From Massalongia carnosa (taxonomy: Eukaryota): a stretch of DNA of 64,000 nucleotides. Numbering within the stretch: position 1 is the stretch's first letter; each line of letters opens with the position of its first letter. A model generated the notes under the pieces. The model ran no database searches and was not told the DNA's origin. It was given only the letters and a program-made list of their open reading frames with translations. The translations under genes and the position numbers were made by a program. Shown piece by piece: positions 25,230 to 36,167 of this stretch. Location: assembly GCA_965645245.1 (NCBI GenBank), contig OZ287087.1:496001-560000 (forward strand), written 5' to 3'.

Positions 25230-28200
25230 TTAGGTCCGAGCTCCGCGAGGACCACCGGGCTTGGTAGGCCTCAGTCGATGAAAGTCTTCCAATAGGTCGG
25301 AGCAGTGGGTGACGTCCTTAGCTTCGGTCCAGTCGGGTGCGTCCCAACCAGTCCACTTGATTAGGTACTGTAAACGTCTTCGGAAGAAACGAGAGTCCAA
25401 AATTTCCTCGACCTCCCACTCCGTTTCACCTTCAACTTCGACAGGAGGGGAAGGAGCGGGTATGTGGCCGACGTGGGGGTGTTGAGAGACAGGTTCTAGG
25501 AGGGAGACATGGAACACAGGATGAACGTTCATGGAGGCGGGAAGGTCTAACTCGTATGCGTACTTGCTGACAACTTTCTTTATAGTGAACCTTCCAAGCT
25601 TTTTCCAGTCCAACTTTCGCGATGGCCGTTTGGTCTTTATATGTCGAGCGTCCAACCATACCTCGTCACCGATCTGAAACATAGGAGCCGGGGTCCTACT
25701 TGCATTAGCAGATGCTTCGTAACGTGCTTGAGCTAGGCGCATTTCGTCGCCGAGGTGTTCACTGATACTTTCCATTTTGAAAGCAAATTCGTCAGCGCTA
25801 ATGACATGGGCATTAGGGGAGTCGCGATGAACAGGTTCAAAACCAAGACGGGGGTGGAAACCATAGTTGGCAAGGAATGGGCTGACGGACGTTGTCTCGG
25901 AGTCGGAGTTATTACTAGCGAATTCAGCCATGGGTAGCCAGTCGGTCCAATCATCTTGTTGATAAGACACATAGCTTCTGAGGTATTGTTCCATGACTGC
26001 ATTATAACGTTCCGTTTGACCGTCAGTTTCCGGGTGAAACGACGTAGATAACCGACTGTTGATCCTTAGTCGTTCACATAGTGCTTTCCAAAAGTCAGCT
26101 ATGAACTGGCCTCCTCGATCCGACACAATGGAGTCGGGTAGGCCATGAAGTTTCCAGACATGTTCAACGTATAGTCTAGCCAAGGCCTTAGCGTCGGTGG
26201 TTTCTCTGCAGGGAATAAAGTGCTTCATCTTGGTTAGTCGACAAACAACGCTTAGCACGGCGTTTTTATCACTACTTTCGGGTAGGCCGGTAACGAAATC
26301 CATAGATATGTCCTTCCATCGTTGTTGGGGAACGGGCAAAGGTTTTAACACTCCGTACTTGGCATGATGGGAAGCCTTACTGCGAGAGCATGTATGACAG
26401 TGTTGAACATAGCGAGCAATGAACTGATGATATCGGGGCCAGTAGTAGTCTCGCGCCATCAGACTAAATGTTTTAGATCTGCCTGGATGGCCGGCGACTG
26501 GGCTGTCGTGATATTCCTTGCATAGTCTCATTTTTAGTTCATGCCAATCAGGGACATAAAGCCTTTCCTTGTAGTATAGTCTTCCATTCCTGTCTTCGCA
26601 TTCGGCTAGGGTGATGTCCTTGCTGTGTCGAGCACCGTTTCGGAGAAGGGTCAGGATTTTGTTAGGCGTGGGGTCATGTTCATATCCTAGATCAATGAGT
26701 TCGTCTATAGATTTGTCTTCCGAGTCGAGGGCAGGGGCGAGATTCGATGGTTCAATGGCGATGTCAGGTGCGATGTCAGGTGCGATGTCAGGTTCAGAGT
26801 CGGACACGTCAGTCACACGAGGCACGTTGTTAGCATGAAGTTCAAAATTATGCGGTTTTAATACCACCTGATTCTGATGTTCTAGTCTCACGTCCCCTTC
26901 TTTAGGAAGATCTCCTGATCTTCTAGTCAAAGCGTCAGGTTTTCCGCCTAATTTGCCGGGTCGATACGTGATTTTGAAGTCGAAACGTGAGAGATATTCT
27001 GCCCAGCGGGCCTGTCGCCTGCTTAGCTGCTTGGTGGTGGTGAAATACTCCAGGTTTTTATGATCAGTGATTACCTTGACCGGGTAGGCGGCTCCCTGAA
27101 GTTCTGGTCTCCATTCCTCGAAGGCACGTATTATGGCTAACAGTTCTTTATCATAAATCTCGTAATTGCACTCTGCCGGTGACAAACGTCGCGAGAAAAA
27201 GGCTACGGGGCGAAGGACTCCATCGTCATCATACTGTGAGAGGACTCCGGCATTGACATAATCGGAAGAGTCAGTTTCAACCACGCTTTCCTTATCAGGG
27301 TCAAAATGCAGCAAAACAAGGTCACTAGTGAACATAGCCTTCAGATCTTCGAAGGCCTTGGCGCAGTCATCGGTCCATACGAATGGTATCTTCTTTTTTG
27401 ACATAGCAGTCAATGGTCCGGCTATACGAGAGAAACCCTTGACAAATCGACGATAGAAATTCGCGAATCCTATGAAGGCCTGCACGTCCTTGAGGTTCTC
27501 GGGGGTGTTCCAATTCTGAATAGTTTCAATTTTCTTAGGGTCCATTCTTATACCATCTTTGGATATTATTAACCCTAAGTAAATGGTCTCCGTGACATGG
27601 AATTCACACTTTGAGATGTCGAGTTGTAATCCGGCCTTTTGTAAGGCCATCAGCACTTTTCTCACATGATCCTTGTGTTCTTTCAGGGAATTGCTGTAAA
27701 TCAATATGTCATCGATGTACGCGGTGCAGAAGATGTCTAGATATTCACGAAGCACATCATTAATGTACTCCTGAAACGAAGATGGGGCTCCACAGAGTCC
27801 AAACGGCATGACGAGATATTCATATAATCCATAGCGTGTTCGAAAGGCAGTCTTCCATTCCTCTCCATGAGCTACACGGAGACGGTTGAAGGCCGCGACA
27901 ATATCCAACTTAGTAAAGATAACTGCTTTACTCAAGCGGTCCAAGGTTTCTCTGATCAAAGGTAGGGGGTATCTGTTCTTGATCGTTATCGCATTTAATG
28001 CTCTGTAATCAACACAAAAACGCAGGCCTCCGCCTGGTTTCCTAACGAACAACACCGGGGACGCAGCAGGGGAAGAACTGGACCGAATAAAACCCTTCTT
28101 CAGGTTTTCCGTCAGATACTTCTGTAGAACTAACAGTTCATCTCGACTCATGCCATATAACGGGCCATACGTGGGTTCCTTTCCATTCATCAACGGAATT

Positions 28201-29222
28201 TTATGATCATGGCTACGTCGCCCCGGAAGTTTATCAGCTTCTTTCTTGGAAAATACATCAAGAAATTCATGATATTCCGATGGCAACACTGTAGCGGGAT
28301 CAACTTCCGGCTTAGGGTTCAAGGAATGTTCAATGTCTCTCATGTTCACGGTAAAGAGTTCACACTCCTTCTTCTTCGCTAGACGGGTAAAGGGGGCTGC
28401 CCCTATCATACATATGCTCAATGGTGGATTCTTATGGGTCGGCGGCGGAACGAGCAGGGACGGGACGGGTGAAGTCCAAGGCAAGATAGGCGAAACGGGC
28501 AAGGTCGGAGGCAAGATGGGCGAGGGGGCGGCGATCGCGATCGATTTTGAATTAACGCGCCGATTTAACCGGCCGGGCCTGTTAAATCTAACCGCTTCGG
28601 AACTAGGGTCTTCGGTGATTGCAGCAGTCAAGTCGGGACTAGCGCTGCTTTCAACGACGAGGGGTTTTTCAGCGCGGAGTTCTGGAACGTTGGTTATGCC
28701 GATGACCGTGTTTGACTCGGAGTTGTCAAGACAGTGCTGACGGCAGTAAGGTGAGTTGAAAGTGAGAGAGTTCATTGCCCATCGTATGCTGACGTCGTGA
28801 ATTTGCAGCCATTTAATGCCGAGAACGATGGGATAGTGACCGAGGCTGGTGACGAGAAGGTTAGCGGGTTCGGAATGCGAGGCGATGTCAAGGTTCAGAC
28901 GGGCGAGGTGAGTAAGCTTTCCAGACGACACGGGACGGCCGTCTGCGAGTTCAAGAATACGAGGGTTCTTCATGAGGGCGAGGGGTATGCGATGATGGTG
29001 CGCGAACGAGGAATCAACAAAGGCAAATCCAGATGCTCCACAATCAATCAATGCATAAGTCTTGATTCTGATTGTTCCTATGGAAACAACAAGAGACACA
29101 ACCAAATGCCTTCCATCCAAATATTCTTCGGATAGAGGTTCTTTGGACAAGGAAAATGCCGAAATCGAAATAGTTTCTTTTTGTCTTCGGCCGCGACTTA
29201 GGCCGAAGACTGAACTTTTCCC
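25230..29222 (-). CDS. pol: Gypsy Pol (PR-RT-RNaseH-IN-chromodomain), reached by -1 frameshift
   Basis: ALIDCGA, YIDDILI, ETDSSD, HHCC/DDE integrase, and WEVEEILD..YLIKWTGW chromodomain. Confidence 0.95.
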   Translation of the reverse strand, partial: GKSSVFGLSRGRRQKETISISAFSLSKEPLSEEYLDGRHLVVSLVVSIGTIRIKTYALIDCGASGFAFVDSSFAHHHRIPLALMKNPRILELADGRPVSSGKLTHLARLNLDIASHSEPANLLVTSLGHYPIVLGIKWLQIHDVSIRWAMNSLTFNSPYCRQHCLDNSESNTVIGITNVPELRAEKPLVVESSASPDLTAAITEDPSSEAVRFNRPGRLNRRVNSKSIAIAAPSPILPPTLPVSPILPWTSPVPSLLVPPPTHKNPPLSICMIGAAPFTRLAKKKECELFTVNMRDIEHSLNPKPEVDPATVLPSEYHEFLDVFSKKEADKLPGRRSHDHKIPLMNGKEPTYGPLYGMSRDELLVLQKYLTENLKKGFIRSSSSPAASPVLFVRKPGGGLRFCVDYRALNAITIKNRYPLPLIRETLDRLSKAVIFTKLDIVAAFNRLRVAHGEEWKTAFRTRYGLYEYLVMPFGLCGAPSSFQEYINDVLREYLDIFCTAYIDDILIYSNSLKEHKDHVRKVLMALQKAGLQLDISKCEFHVTETIYLGLIISKDGIRMDPKKIETIQNWNTPENLKDVQAFIGFANFYRRFVKGFSRIAGPLTAMSKKKIPFVWTDDCAKAFEDLKAMFTSDLVLLHFDPDKESVVETDSSDYVNAGVLSQYDDDGVLRPVAFFSRRLSPAECNYEIYDKELLAIIRAFEEWRPELQGAAYPVKVITDHKNLEYFTTTKQLSRRQARWAEYLSRFDFKITYRPGKLGGKPDALTRRSGDLPKEGDVRLEHQNQVVLKPHNFELHANNVPRVTDVSDSEPDIAPDIAPDIAIEPSNLAPALDSEDKSIDELIDLGYEHDPTPNKILTLLRNGARHSKDITLAECEDRNGRLYYKERLYVPDWHELKMRLCKEYHDSPVAGHPGRSKTFSLMARDYYWPRYHQFIARYVQHCHTCSRSKASHHAKYGVLKPLPVPQQRWKDISMDFVTGLPESSDKNAVLSVVCRLTKMKHFIPCRETTDAKALARLYVEHVWKLHGLPDSIVSDRGGQFIADFWKALCERLRINSRLSTSFHPETDGQTERYNAVMEQYLRSYVSYQQDDWTDWLPMAEFASNNSDSETTSVSPFLANYGFHPRLGFEPVHRDSPNAHVISADEFAFKMESISEHLGDEMRLAQARYEASANASRTPAPMFQIGDEVWLDARHIKTKRPSRKLDWKKLGRFTIKKVVSKYAYELDLPASMNVHPVFHVSLLEPVSQHPHVGHIPAPSPPVEVEGETEWEVEEILDSRFFRRRLQYLIKWTGWDAPDWTEAKDVTHCSDLLEDFHRLRPTKPGGPRGART
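29183..29222 (-). promoter_or_regulatory. -1 ribosomal frameshift signal
   Basis: G GGA AAA in the gag frame, 5-nt spacer, 10-bp stem gtcttcggcc/ggccgaagac; pol is in the -1 frame. Confidence 0.85.
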
Positions 29223-30352
29223 TCCTCTTCCGAAGTCACCGTGCTCAGTTCATATGTCCTCACTCTAGGTTTTCCCTTGGAGGCTGGGCAGGAATTGGCG
29301 AAATGTCCTGATCCTCCACAGTACATGCATAGTCCTTCGTTCATGCGGCGTGATCTTTCCGCCGGGGTGATGGGACCGCGACGCCTGGAGGTCGACAGGT
29401 CCATGGCGTCCGTGTCTGCGGATGGGGTGATTGCGGGCCTAGGAGCGGGAGTGCTGAAGGTGGAGGTGGAAGAGGTCTTGGTAGTCGGGGTGGACGGGGC
29501 GGAGGAAGAGCGAGATGAACCATATGAAAATGGTTTGCGGATTGAGGCCTGGACGGAACGGAATCGATTATCAATTTTCTGGAGAACTTGTATGGTGTCG
29601 TCCAACGACGGGGGTAGGTCAACCGTGATGAGAGCAGATTTCAACTCATCACTGAGACCATCTAGGAGAATGGATCGCTTGGCTTCATCATCGAAGCCTG
29701 TGTCTGGAACGAGACGTTGATAATCTGATAGGTATAGGTAGAACTCTTTATTCTTTTGTCGAAGCTGTCGCAGTTCCCTTTGTGCTGTCGCTTTTCTATC
29801 GGGGTCACCGAAGGCCAATTGCAATTTTGTATAAAACGCTTCCATATCGACAAGAGCGATATTTCCATCTTTTTCCAGGTACGGCTGCAGTTGTTCCAAT
29901 GCTCTCTCCTTCAAGCGGCTTAGTGCATAAGCGAGCTTGCTTTGCTCGGTGGGATAGTGGTCCTTGTTGATGTTCAGCTTTATTCGGAGTTGCGTCATCC
30001 ATCCCCGAAGTTCTGCCTTATCGCCACCAAAGGAAGATGGGTCCGGATGTTTGGTAGAACGATGTGACTTAGACTGCGAGGCATCGATCAGATTGGTGCG
30101 AAGTTCGTCTATGACAGCTTGTCCAGCGGCCATGGTGATTGCATTCTCGGACAGAGTGATGTTAACCTGCTCAAGGGAAGATAGTGCAGTTGCTTTGTCG
30201 GTCTCTAAAGTGGTGATAAGTTCCTGAGCATTGGCCGAGAAGTTGGTGACGCGAAGAAGGAACTCGAGCCATGCCTGTGGCTGTTGCTGCACGGCAGTTC
30301 TCAGTTCGTCGGCGTTGGAAACGGAGATAGGGGGGTCGAGGTTGATGGACAT
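29198..30352 (-). CDS. gag: Gypsy Gag
   Basis: Retrotransposon capsid-like region and zinc knuckle CMYCGGSGHFANSC. Confidence 0.93.
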   Translation of the reverse strand: MSINLDPPISVSNADELRTAVQQQPQAWLEFLLRVTNFSANAQELITTLETDKATALSSLEQVNITLSENAITMAAGQAVIDELRTNLIDASQSKSHRSTKHPDPSSFGGDKAELRGWMTQLRIKLNINKDHYPTEQSKLAYALSRLKERALEQLQPYLEKDGNIALVDMEAFYTKLQLAFGDPDRKATAQRELRQLRQKNKEFYLYLSDYQRLVPDTGFDDEAKRSILLDGLSDELKSALITVDLPPSLDDTIQVLQKIDNRFRSVQASIRKPFSYGSSRSSSAPSTPTTKTSSTSTFSTPAPRPAITPSADTDAMDLSTSRRRGPITPAERSRRMNEGLCMYCGGSGHFANSCPASKGKPRVRTYELSTVTSEEEGKVQSSA

Positions 30353-31320
30353 GATGGTGATGCACCAGGTGAATAGGCAGGTCGAACGTAGTGTCACGGT
30401 GCGAGGTCAGGTAGGAATTCAGGTGGTGCAAACGTGTTACTTGATTGTCTAGCTAGGTGGACAAGACGTTCGACAAGGAGAAAAGAAACAGAAAATCCAA
30501 CGTGGGCGAGTATAAGACTCTGGCGAACGGAACTAGTCCCAATCCAGCCGTTGATCCAATTTCCCCAAGTCCCTAGCATGAAACTATCGCCATGACACTA
30601 TTGATAGTCGGAACACTTACCTTTGAACCGGATTAAGCTTAGTTCCTTTCGGATCGGCTAACCGGCTAGTGCTTCGTTCAAGCAGCTAAGGTTGATTCAA
30701 TGAACTAACTGGCAGGTGCCCAGTCACTCCATGACAATAGGTTGGTATCCAACAAGAAGGTTTTACTACTCAGCACCACGTAGAGGTTTCTGCTCGTCGC
30801 TGACCATAATGGTTATGAGACTCAAGCAGGAACGAGATGCTTAGGGACAGTCCCCCCCCGACCGTCCCCCCTGTGTAAATCTTTACTAGTAAACAGCTAT
30901 TTTACTACTCATCCAGGGTGCGTACAAGCTAGCAGTTACACTACGTATTAATAACGTTACTGTTACTAACTAAATGTATTCAACATCTACAAATCTACCT
31001 ATTGCGATGACTTCAATTCCAAAAACTCGTCAATCAATTGCGATACATCATCTTTTCTAGGCTTCATGATTTTAGCCACCTTTCTCATCATCGTTTCCTT
31101 TCTCGCTTGAGTCCTAATCTGTTCGACTGATTTCTCGACTCTTTCCTGAGATTCCAACTCCAACTGAGCCTTTGATTTCTTCGTCACATCTCGAGACCTT
31201 CGCGTTGTTGCGGAGGAAGTAGGAAGAATTTGACTGACGCGCACGTTTTGACTTAGACTATAAAGAGATGAAGGCGGCGCTGCCTGAAATAGTGCTTTTT
31301 GACTAGTTATGCTTGGCAAG

Positions 31321-31567
31321 TGTTAAATAAACAGTTGACGGCATAATGTTGAAATTACTACGGAGGTGACTGCCTATAGCAGTCATGGCAGCCTGCAGGG
31401 CTGAGCTAGAACTAATGGGGCTAAGCGAGTATTCCAACACCCTTCGAGCGTGGCTCCCCTTTCGCCTCCAAAATTGAAACTTTCCAGCTTTTATCACTCC
31501 CCTTGCGAAGTGATTCATCCAGCTGTGTCCGATTCGCTCCCCTTGCGGAACGAATCTAGCTCCCTCC
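31321..31567 (-). mobile_element. 3' LTR + internal piece of the TRIM-like Copia element X, inverted
   Basis: Reverse complement of ~58726-58978. Confidence 0.88.
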
Positions 31568-31663
31568 ACCTCTCCATCTGCCCCATCCTTCAATATATAT
31601 TCCCTGCTAGTATCCCCTCCATACCGGGAGACCCTTACTTGCTTCTACACCACTTTCTCTGGC

Positions 31664-34600
31664 ATGGCTAAAGGAGAGAGTCTGTACACATTCCCCAAAC
31701 TCATGGGGAGTGGTAACTATAAGAAATGGTCTAGAGACATGGCCTTCGCCCTGCAGGAAGCGGAACTCTGGAGTTATGTGACTGGTGCTCGGAAAATGCC
31801 CCGAGAGATTCCCCTTCCACCTAATAAACCTAGTGAGAAAGAGGGAGACCCTCCGGAGGAAACTTTAGAAACAGAAGAACAACTCGACAAAAGAGACCAA
31901 AGGGACCTTGAACGACTAGAGTTCTTGGAGAAACAAAGGAGGGTAGTTGGTAAGATAGGAAAGATGTGCACGGACGACGTGCAGCAAGAATTCCTGTCTA
32001 TGAGAGACCTAGCTAATGGAGCAGTCTGGGACCCAAAAGATCTTTGGGAACATCTAAAAACCCGGTACACTCTAAAGAATTGGAGTGCCAAATGGAGCAC
32101 CTTCAACCGGCTAGAGGAGATAAAATATGAAAAGTGCAAGTCCATCGAAGAATACGGAAGCCTTGTCAGGGACATCAAGGCCGAGATCACCGACATGGCC
32201 CTGACTGTCGAACAAATAGTCGTGCTTAGGCTTCTGAATGGACAAGGAAACTCGTTTAGCACCTATCTTACAATACTGAACGAGCAAGCCCGGCGTGAAT
32301 ATAAATTCCCTGCGCTGAATGCTTTGTTGAAAAACCTGGAGGACGAGGAAGCTCGCATGCGCCAGGACCCCATTGCCACAGCCAATGTGCTAAAGACAAA
32401 AGGGAAGACTAACAACAAAAAGCACCCCTCCGGAGCAAGGTCCGGAGAGGGTAAGACCAAATGCAACTGTTGCGGGAAGTTTCACCCTGGAACATGCAGG
32501 TATATCGACTCCAAATGCAAAACATGTGGTAAAGTAGGCCATTTAGAAAGCGTTTGCGAGGAAGGAGGCCATGAAGCCTCAAAGCCACAAATAGTCTGTA
32601 TGATAAGGGAATGTTCCGGGAAAAGTACCCAGGAAACACCGCTTATTTGTATGGGAAAACCGTCCCAAAGCCCCCAACGTCCCCAAAGCTTGTTACTCGA
32701 CTCCGGTGCAACCTCACATATTCTCTGCAACAAGGACTTCTTTCTAGAAGGAACCTTTCGGAGCGAGTACAACTTTCTAGAGACAGGGTCCGGAGAAGTA
32801 CTACCAACAGAGGGCACAGGCTCTCTGCTTATCCCGCTGGACAATGGCAATGGGAGTCAAACTGACCTCATTCTGACCGATGTCCTATACTCCCCACGCC
32901 TAATATTTAACCTCATCAGCACCATTAAGCTTGGTAAGAAAGGCATAGCAACATACCTGATGGCGGACGAGCAGCCCGCACAATCAGTGCACAAAGGAAA
33001 GGTGATTGGACTGGCCAAAACGATAAATAATCAATATATTTTGGAAACCACCATCAGCCCTATCGGTGCACGGGCCCTCACCACCACAAATTCTGCAAAG
33101 TCCCCTATTCAAATATGGCACGAGCGACTCGGCCACCTCAGCTATCCAAACCTCCTAAAACTAAATCACTTAGCCAATGGAGTCACCATCGAAGGACCCA
33201 TACCAGAAGAAGTATGCGGCCCATGCATGATGGGTAGACAACAGCGGAAAATAAATCGCACTCCAAGGACCCGAGCAACATAATTCCTGGGTCTAGTGCA
33301 TAGCGATTTGGGGGGACCATTCCCACTGACAAGGTTCGGTGAACGTTTTTATGCTACAATGAAAGACGATTTCTCCGGAGTAGTGTGGGTGTATTTGCTG
33401 AAAACAAAGGGTCAGACCTTTGAAATTTTCAAAGAGTTCAAAACATGGATAGAAAATCAATCAGGAAAGAAAATAAAGCACCTTCGAGCTGATGGAGGAG
33501 GAGAGTACACGGGTGGAGACTTCCAGAATTTCCTAAAAAAGGAAGGTATTCAATGGGAAGCCAGGGCACCGAATGTGCCCGAGCAAAACGGAAAAGCCGA
33601 AAGACAGAACTATACTCTCATGGTCCCTACCCGGTCCATGTTGAAAGCAAAGAAACTTCCAAAGTCTCTTTGGGGGGAAGTCCTGAAGACTGCTGGGTAC
33701 ATCAAAAATAGAAGTCCCGGGGTCGACGAGGTCACTCCATATGAACGCATGAACAATGCGAAACCCTTCCTCGGCCATATGAGAACGGTCGGGGCAAGGA
33801 GGTGGGTACATATCCCAAAGGAGAAACGAAAGAAATTGGATGATCGTTCCTGGCAAGGCATATTTGTCGGGTATGATGGAAACAATCAATATCGAATCTA
33901 CGATCCTCTCACTGGAAAAGTCCATGTTTGTCGCGATATCACCGTCGACGAAGGCAATATACATGATCTCAAGGACAAAAAGGCCTGGGACCTAGCCGAT
34001 ATTCCATGGGAGAAGAATGATGATGGTTTGTTTGATGATCCGGACGACTTTGTCGAAAATGAAGTCGAAATCCCAAATTCGTTATCTCCGATAAACCCGA
34101 ACTCCAAAATATCGAGAAGTTCGGAAGACCAACAGGTATCGGCCCCATCAACTCCACGAATAATGCTTCATCCAATGGGAGTAAATGCGTCGGGGGGAGG
34201 CCAAGCCGAGGAGAGTGAGGGGGAGGATGATCCAAGTGAAACGGAAGAAATTCCTTCACCCCTCATCGAACCTCGAAGATCTGGGCGATTAAGAGTTCCC
34301 AGTCAAAAGTCACTGGAGAACTCCCGTCCCAGCATAAATATATTCAGGTCAAACCAGGTGCCAGAATCCCATAAACATATGGTACGAGTGCTAATCACCC
34401 TGGCTAGAGGCGAGGACACAGAAGGCCTCGATGAACCTCTGACACTGAAAGAGGCAATGTCCTCACCCCACTGGGAACAATGGAAAAAGGCCATGGAGGC
34501 CGAATACCAATCCCTAGTGGAGAATGAAACATGGACACTAGAAAAAGCACCGACAGATCGAAAGGTGATCACCGGTCGCTGGGTGTTCAAACTAAAGAAA

Positions 34601-35964
34601 GACAGAAATGGGAAAGTACTAAAGTACAAAGCAAGATGGGTAGTTCACGGCTATAAACAAAAGGAAGGCCTGGACTACCTCGATACCTTTGCTACATGGT
34701 AAAACCAGTCTCCTACAAAGCATTGATGGGAATCAGTGTTAAAAAGGGGCTTTGCATTCACCACATGGATGTGGTGACTGCTTTCCTATATGGCTTCCTA
34801 GATGAAGCTATTTATGTCATACAACCCACCTTGTTCGAAAAAGGGGAGGACAAGGTCTGCTTACTACGAAAGGCCCTATATGGCCTAAAACAATCCCCTC
34901 GTGTATGGTACCAAACCTTGCAGGATTTTCTGCAAAAAATGGGGTTTAAACGGACATATTCGGACCATGGAGTTTTTGTATCGGACGATATGTTTATAGC
35001 GATTTACGTCGACGACCTCCTCATCTTCGACAAAGATACTTCAAAATTGCAGCAACTGCAACACGAATTGAAGTCTCGTTTCCGCATGACGGACTTGGGA
35101 GAAGTATCCCATTATTTGGGAATTGAGGTGAACGTCAACACCGAAAAATCGATTATAACTCTCCGACAAACAATTTATCTGAAGAAGATACTGCAGCGAT
35201 TTAATATGGTCGACTGCAGACCTATTTCCACCCCCATGGACCCCGGTGCCGGAAACACACTCATGCCGTCAGAAGACCAGGCCGACAAGAAAACAATTAC
35301 CTGGTACCAGTCGGTGGTAGGCTCGCTCATGTGGCCAGCCATGCATACACGCCCCGATATCGCTTATGCAGTGGGAGTACTGAGTCAATATTGTTCGAAC
35401 CCAGGCCCATTACACTGCAAATATCTTCAGCGCATTATGCGCTATATCTCCAGTACCCTAAATGCAGGCCTCGTGTTTAGAATAGACACCGAGGATGACA
35501 TTGTGGGGTACTCGGACTCGGACTATGCTGGAACGAAAGATGGAAGAAAATCGACAGGGGCCTATACATTTTTGTTAGCAGGCGCCCCGATTTCTCACTG
35601 TTCCAAGCTACAACCTACCGTCGCCCTATCCACCTGCGAGGCCGAATATATGGCCCTAACAGAAGCAGCTAAAGAGGCCATTTGGTGTGCACGATTTCTG
35701 ACCGAGCTGGGATACCGGAAGAAGGGCCACCCAGTCCTACTTCGAGGGGACAATCAAGGGTCAATTGCACTGGCCGAAAACCCGGAGTTTTACCGTCGCA
35801 CCAAGCACATTGAAATCAAATGGCATTGGATACGGGAGGTGGTTGAATTGGGAAAGATAAAAATCAAATTTATCTCGACCAAAGAGATGGTGGCAGATGG
35901 GCTTACGAAGCCACTGGCCGCTAAACCCTTTGAGGACTTTAAGTTAATGCTTGGCAAAAACTAA
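31664..35964 (+). pseudogene. Copia B gag-pol with an in-frame stop (33281-33283) and a frameshift (~34697)
   Basis: CCHC knuckles, LLDSGA, WHERLGH, HSDL..ADGGGE..E, YVDD, YSDSD motifs. Confidence 0.9.
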
Positions 35965-36167
35965 GCTCAAAGAGGTAATATTCGAATAGTCTCAAGATGA
36001 CTGAATGGGAGTGTCAGATGGTAGGGACTACCATCATGGGCATTTATCTAGTGCTTATCTTCGGCGACTCTACCACGGGGACCGAGGTGACCTCCGGGGA
36101 CCGAGATTCAGTGGACCGGCTGACTCCTTATGAAAAGGGTCGCCGAAAGGTCTCCAATGTGACTGCT

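Larger units (their letters stand above)
24873..30736 (-). mobile_element. Full-length Ty3/Gypsy chromovirus, apparently recent
   Basis: 345-bp LTRs (24873-25217, 30392-30736) apparently identical; TSD atagg; PPT aaaggggagctgg. Confidence 0.97.
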
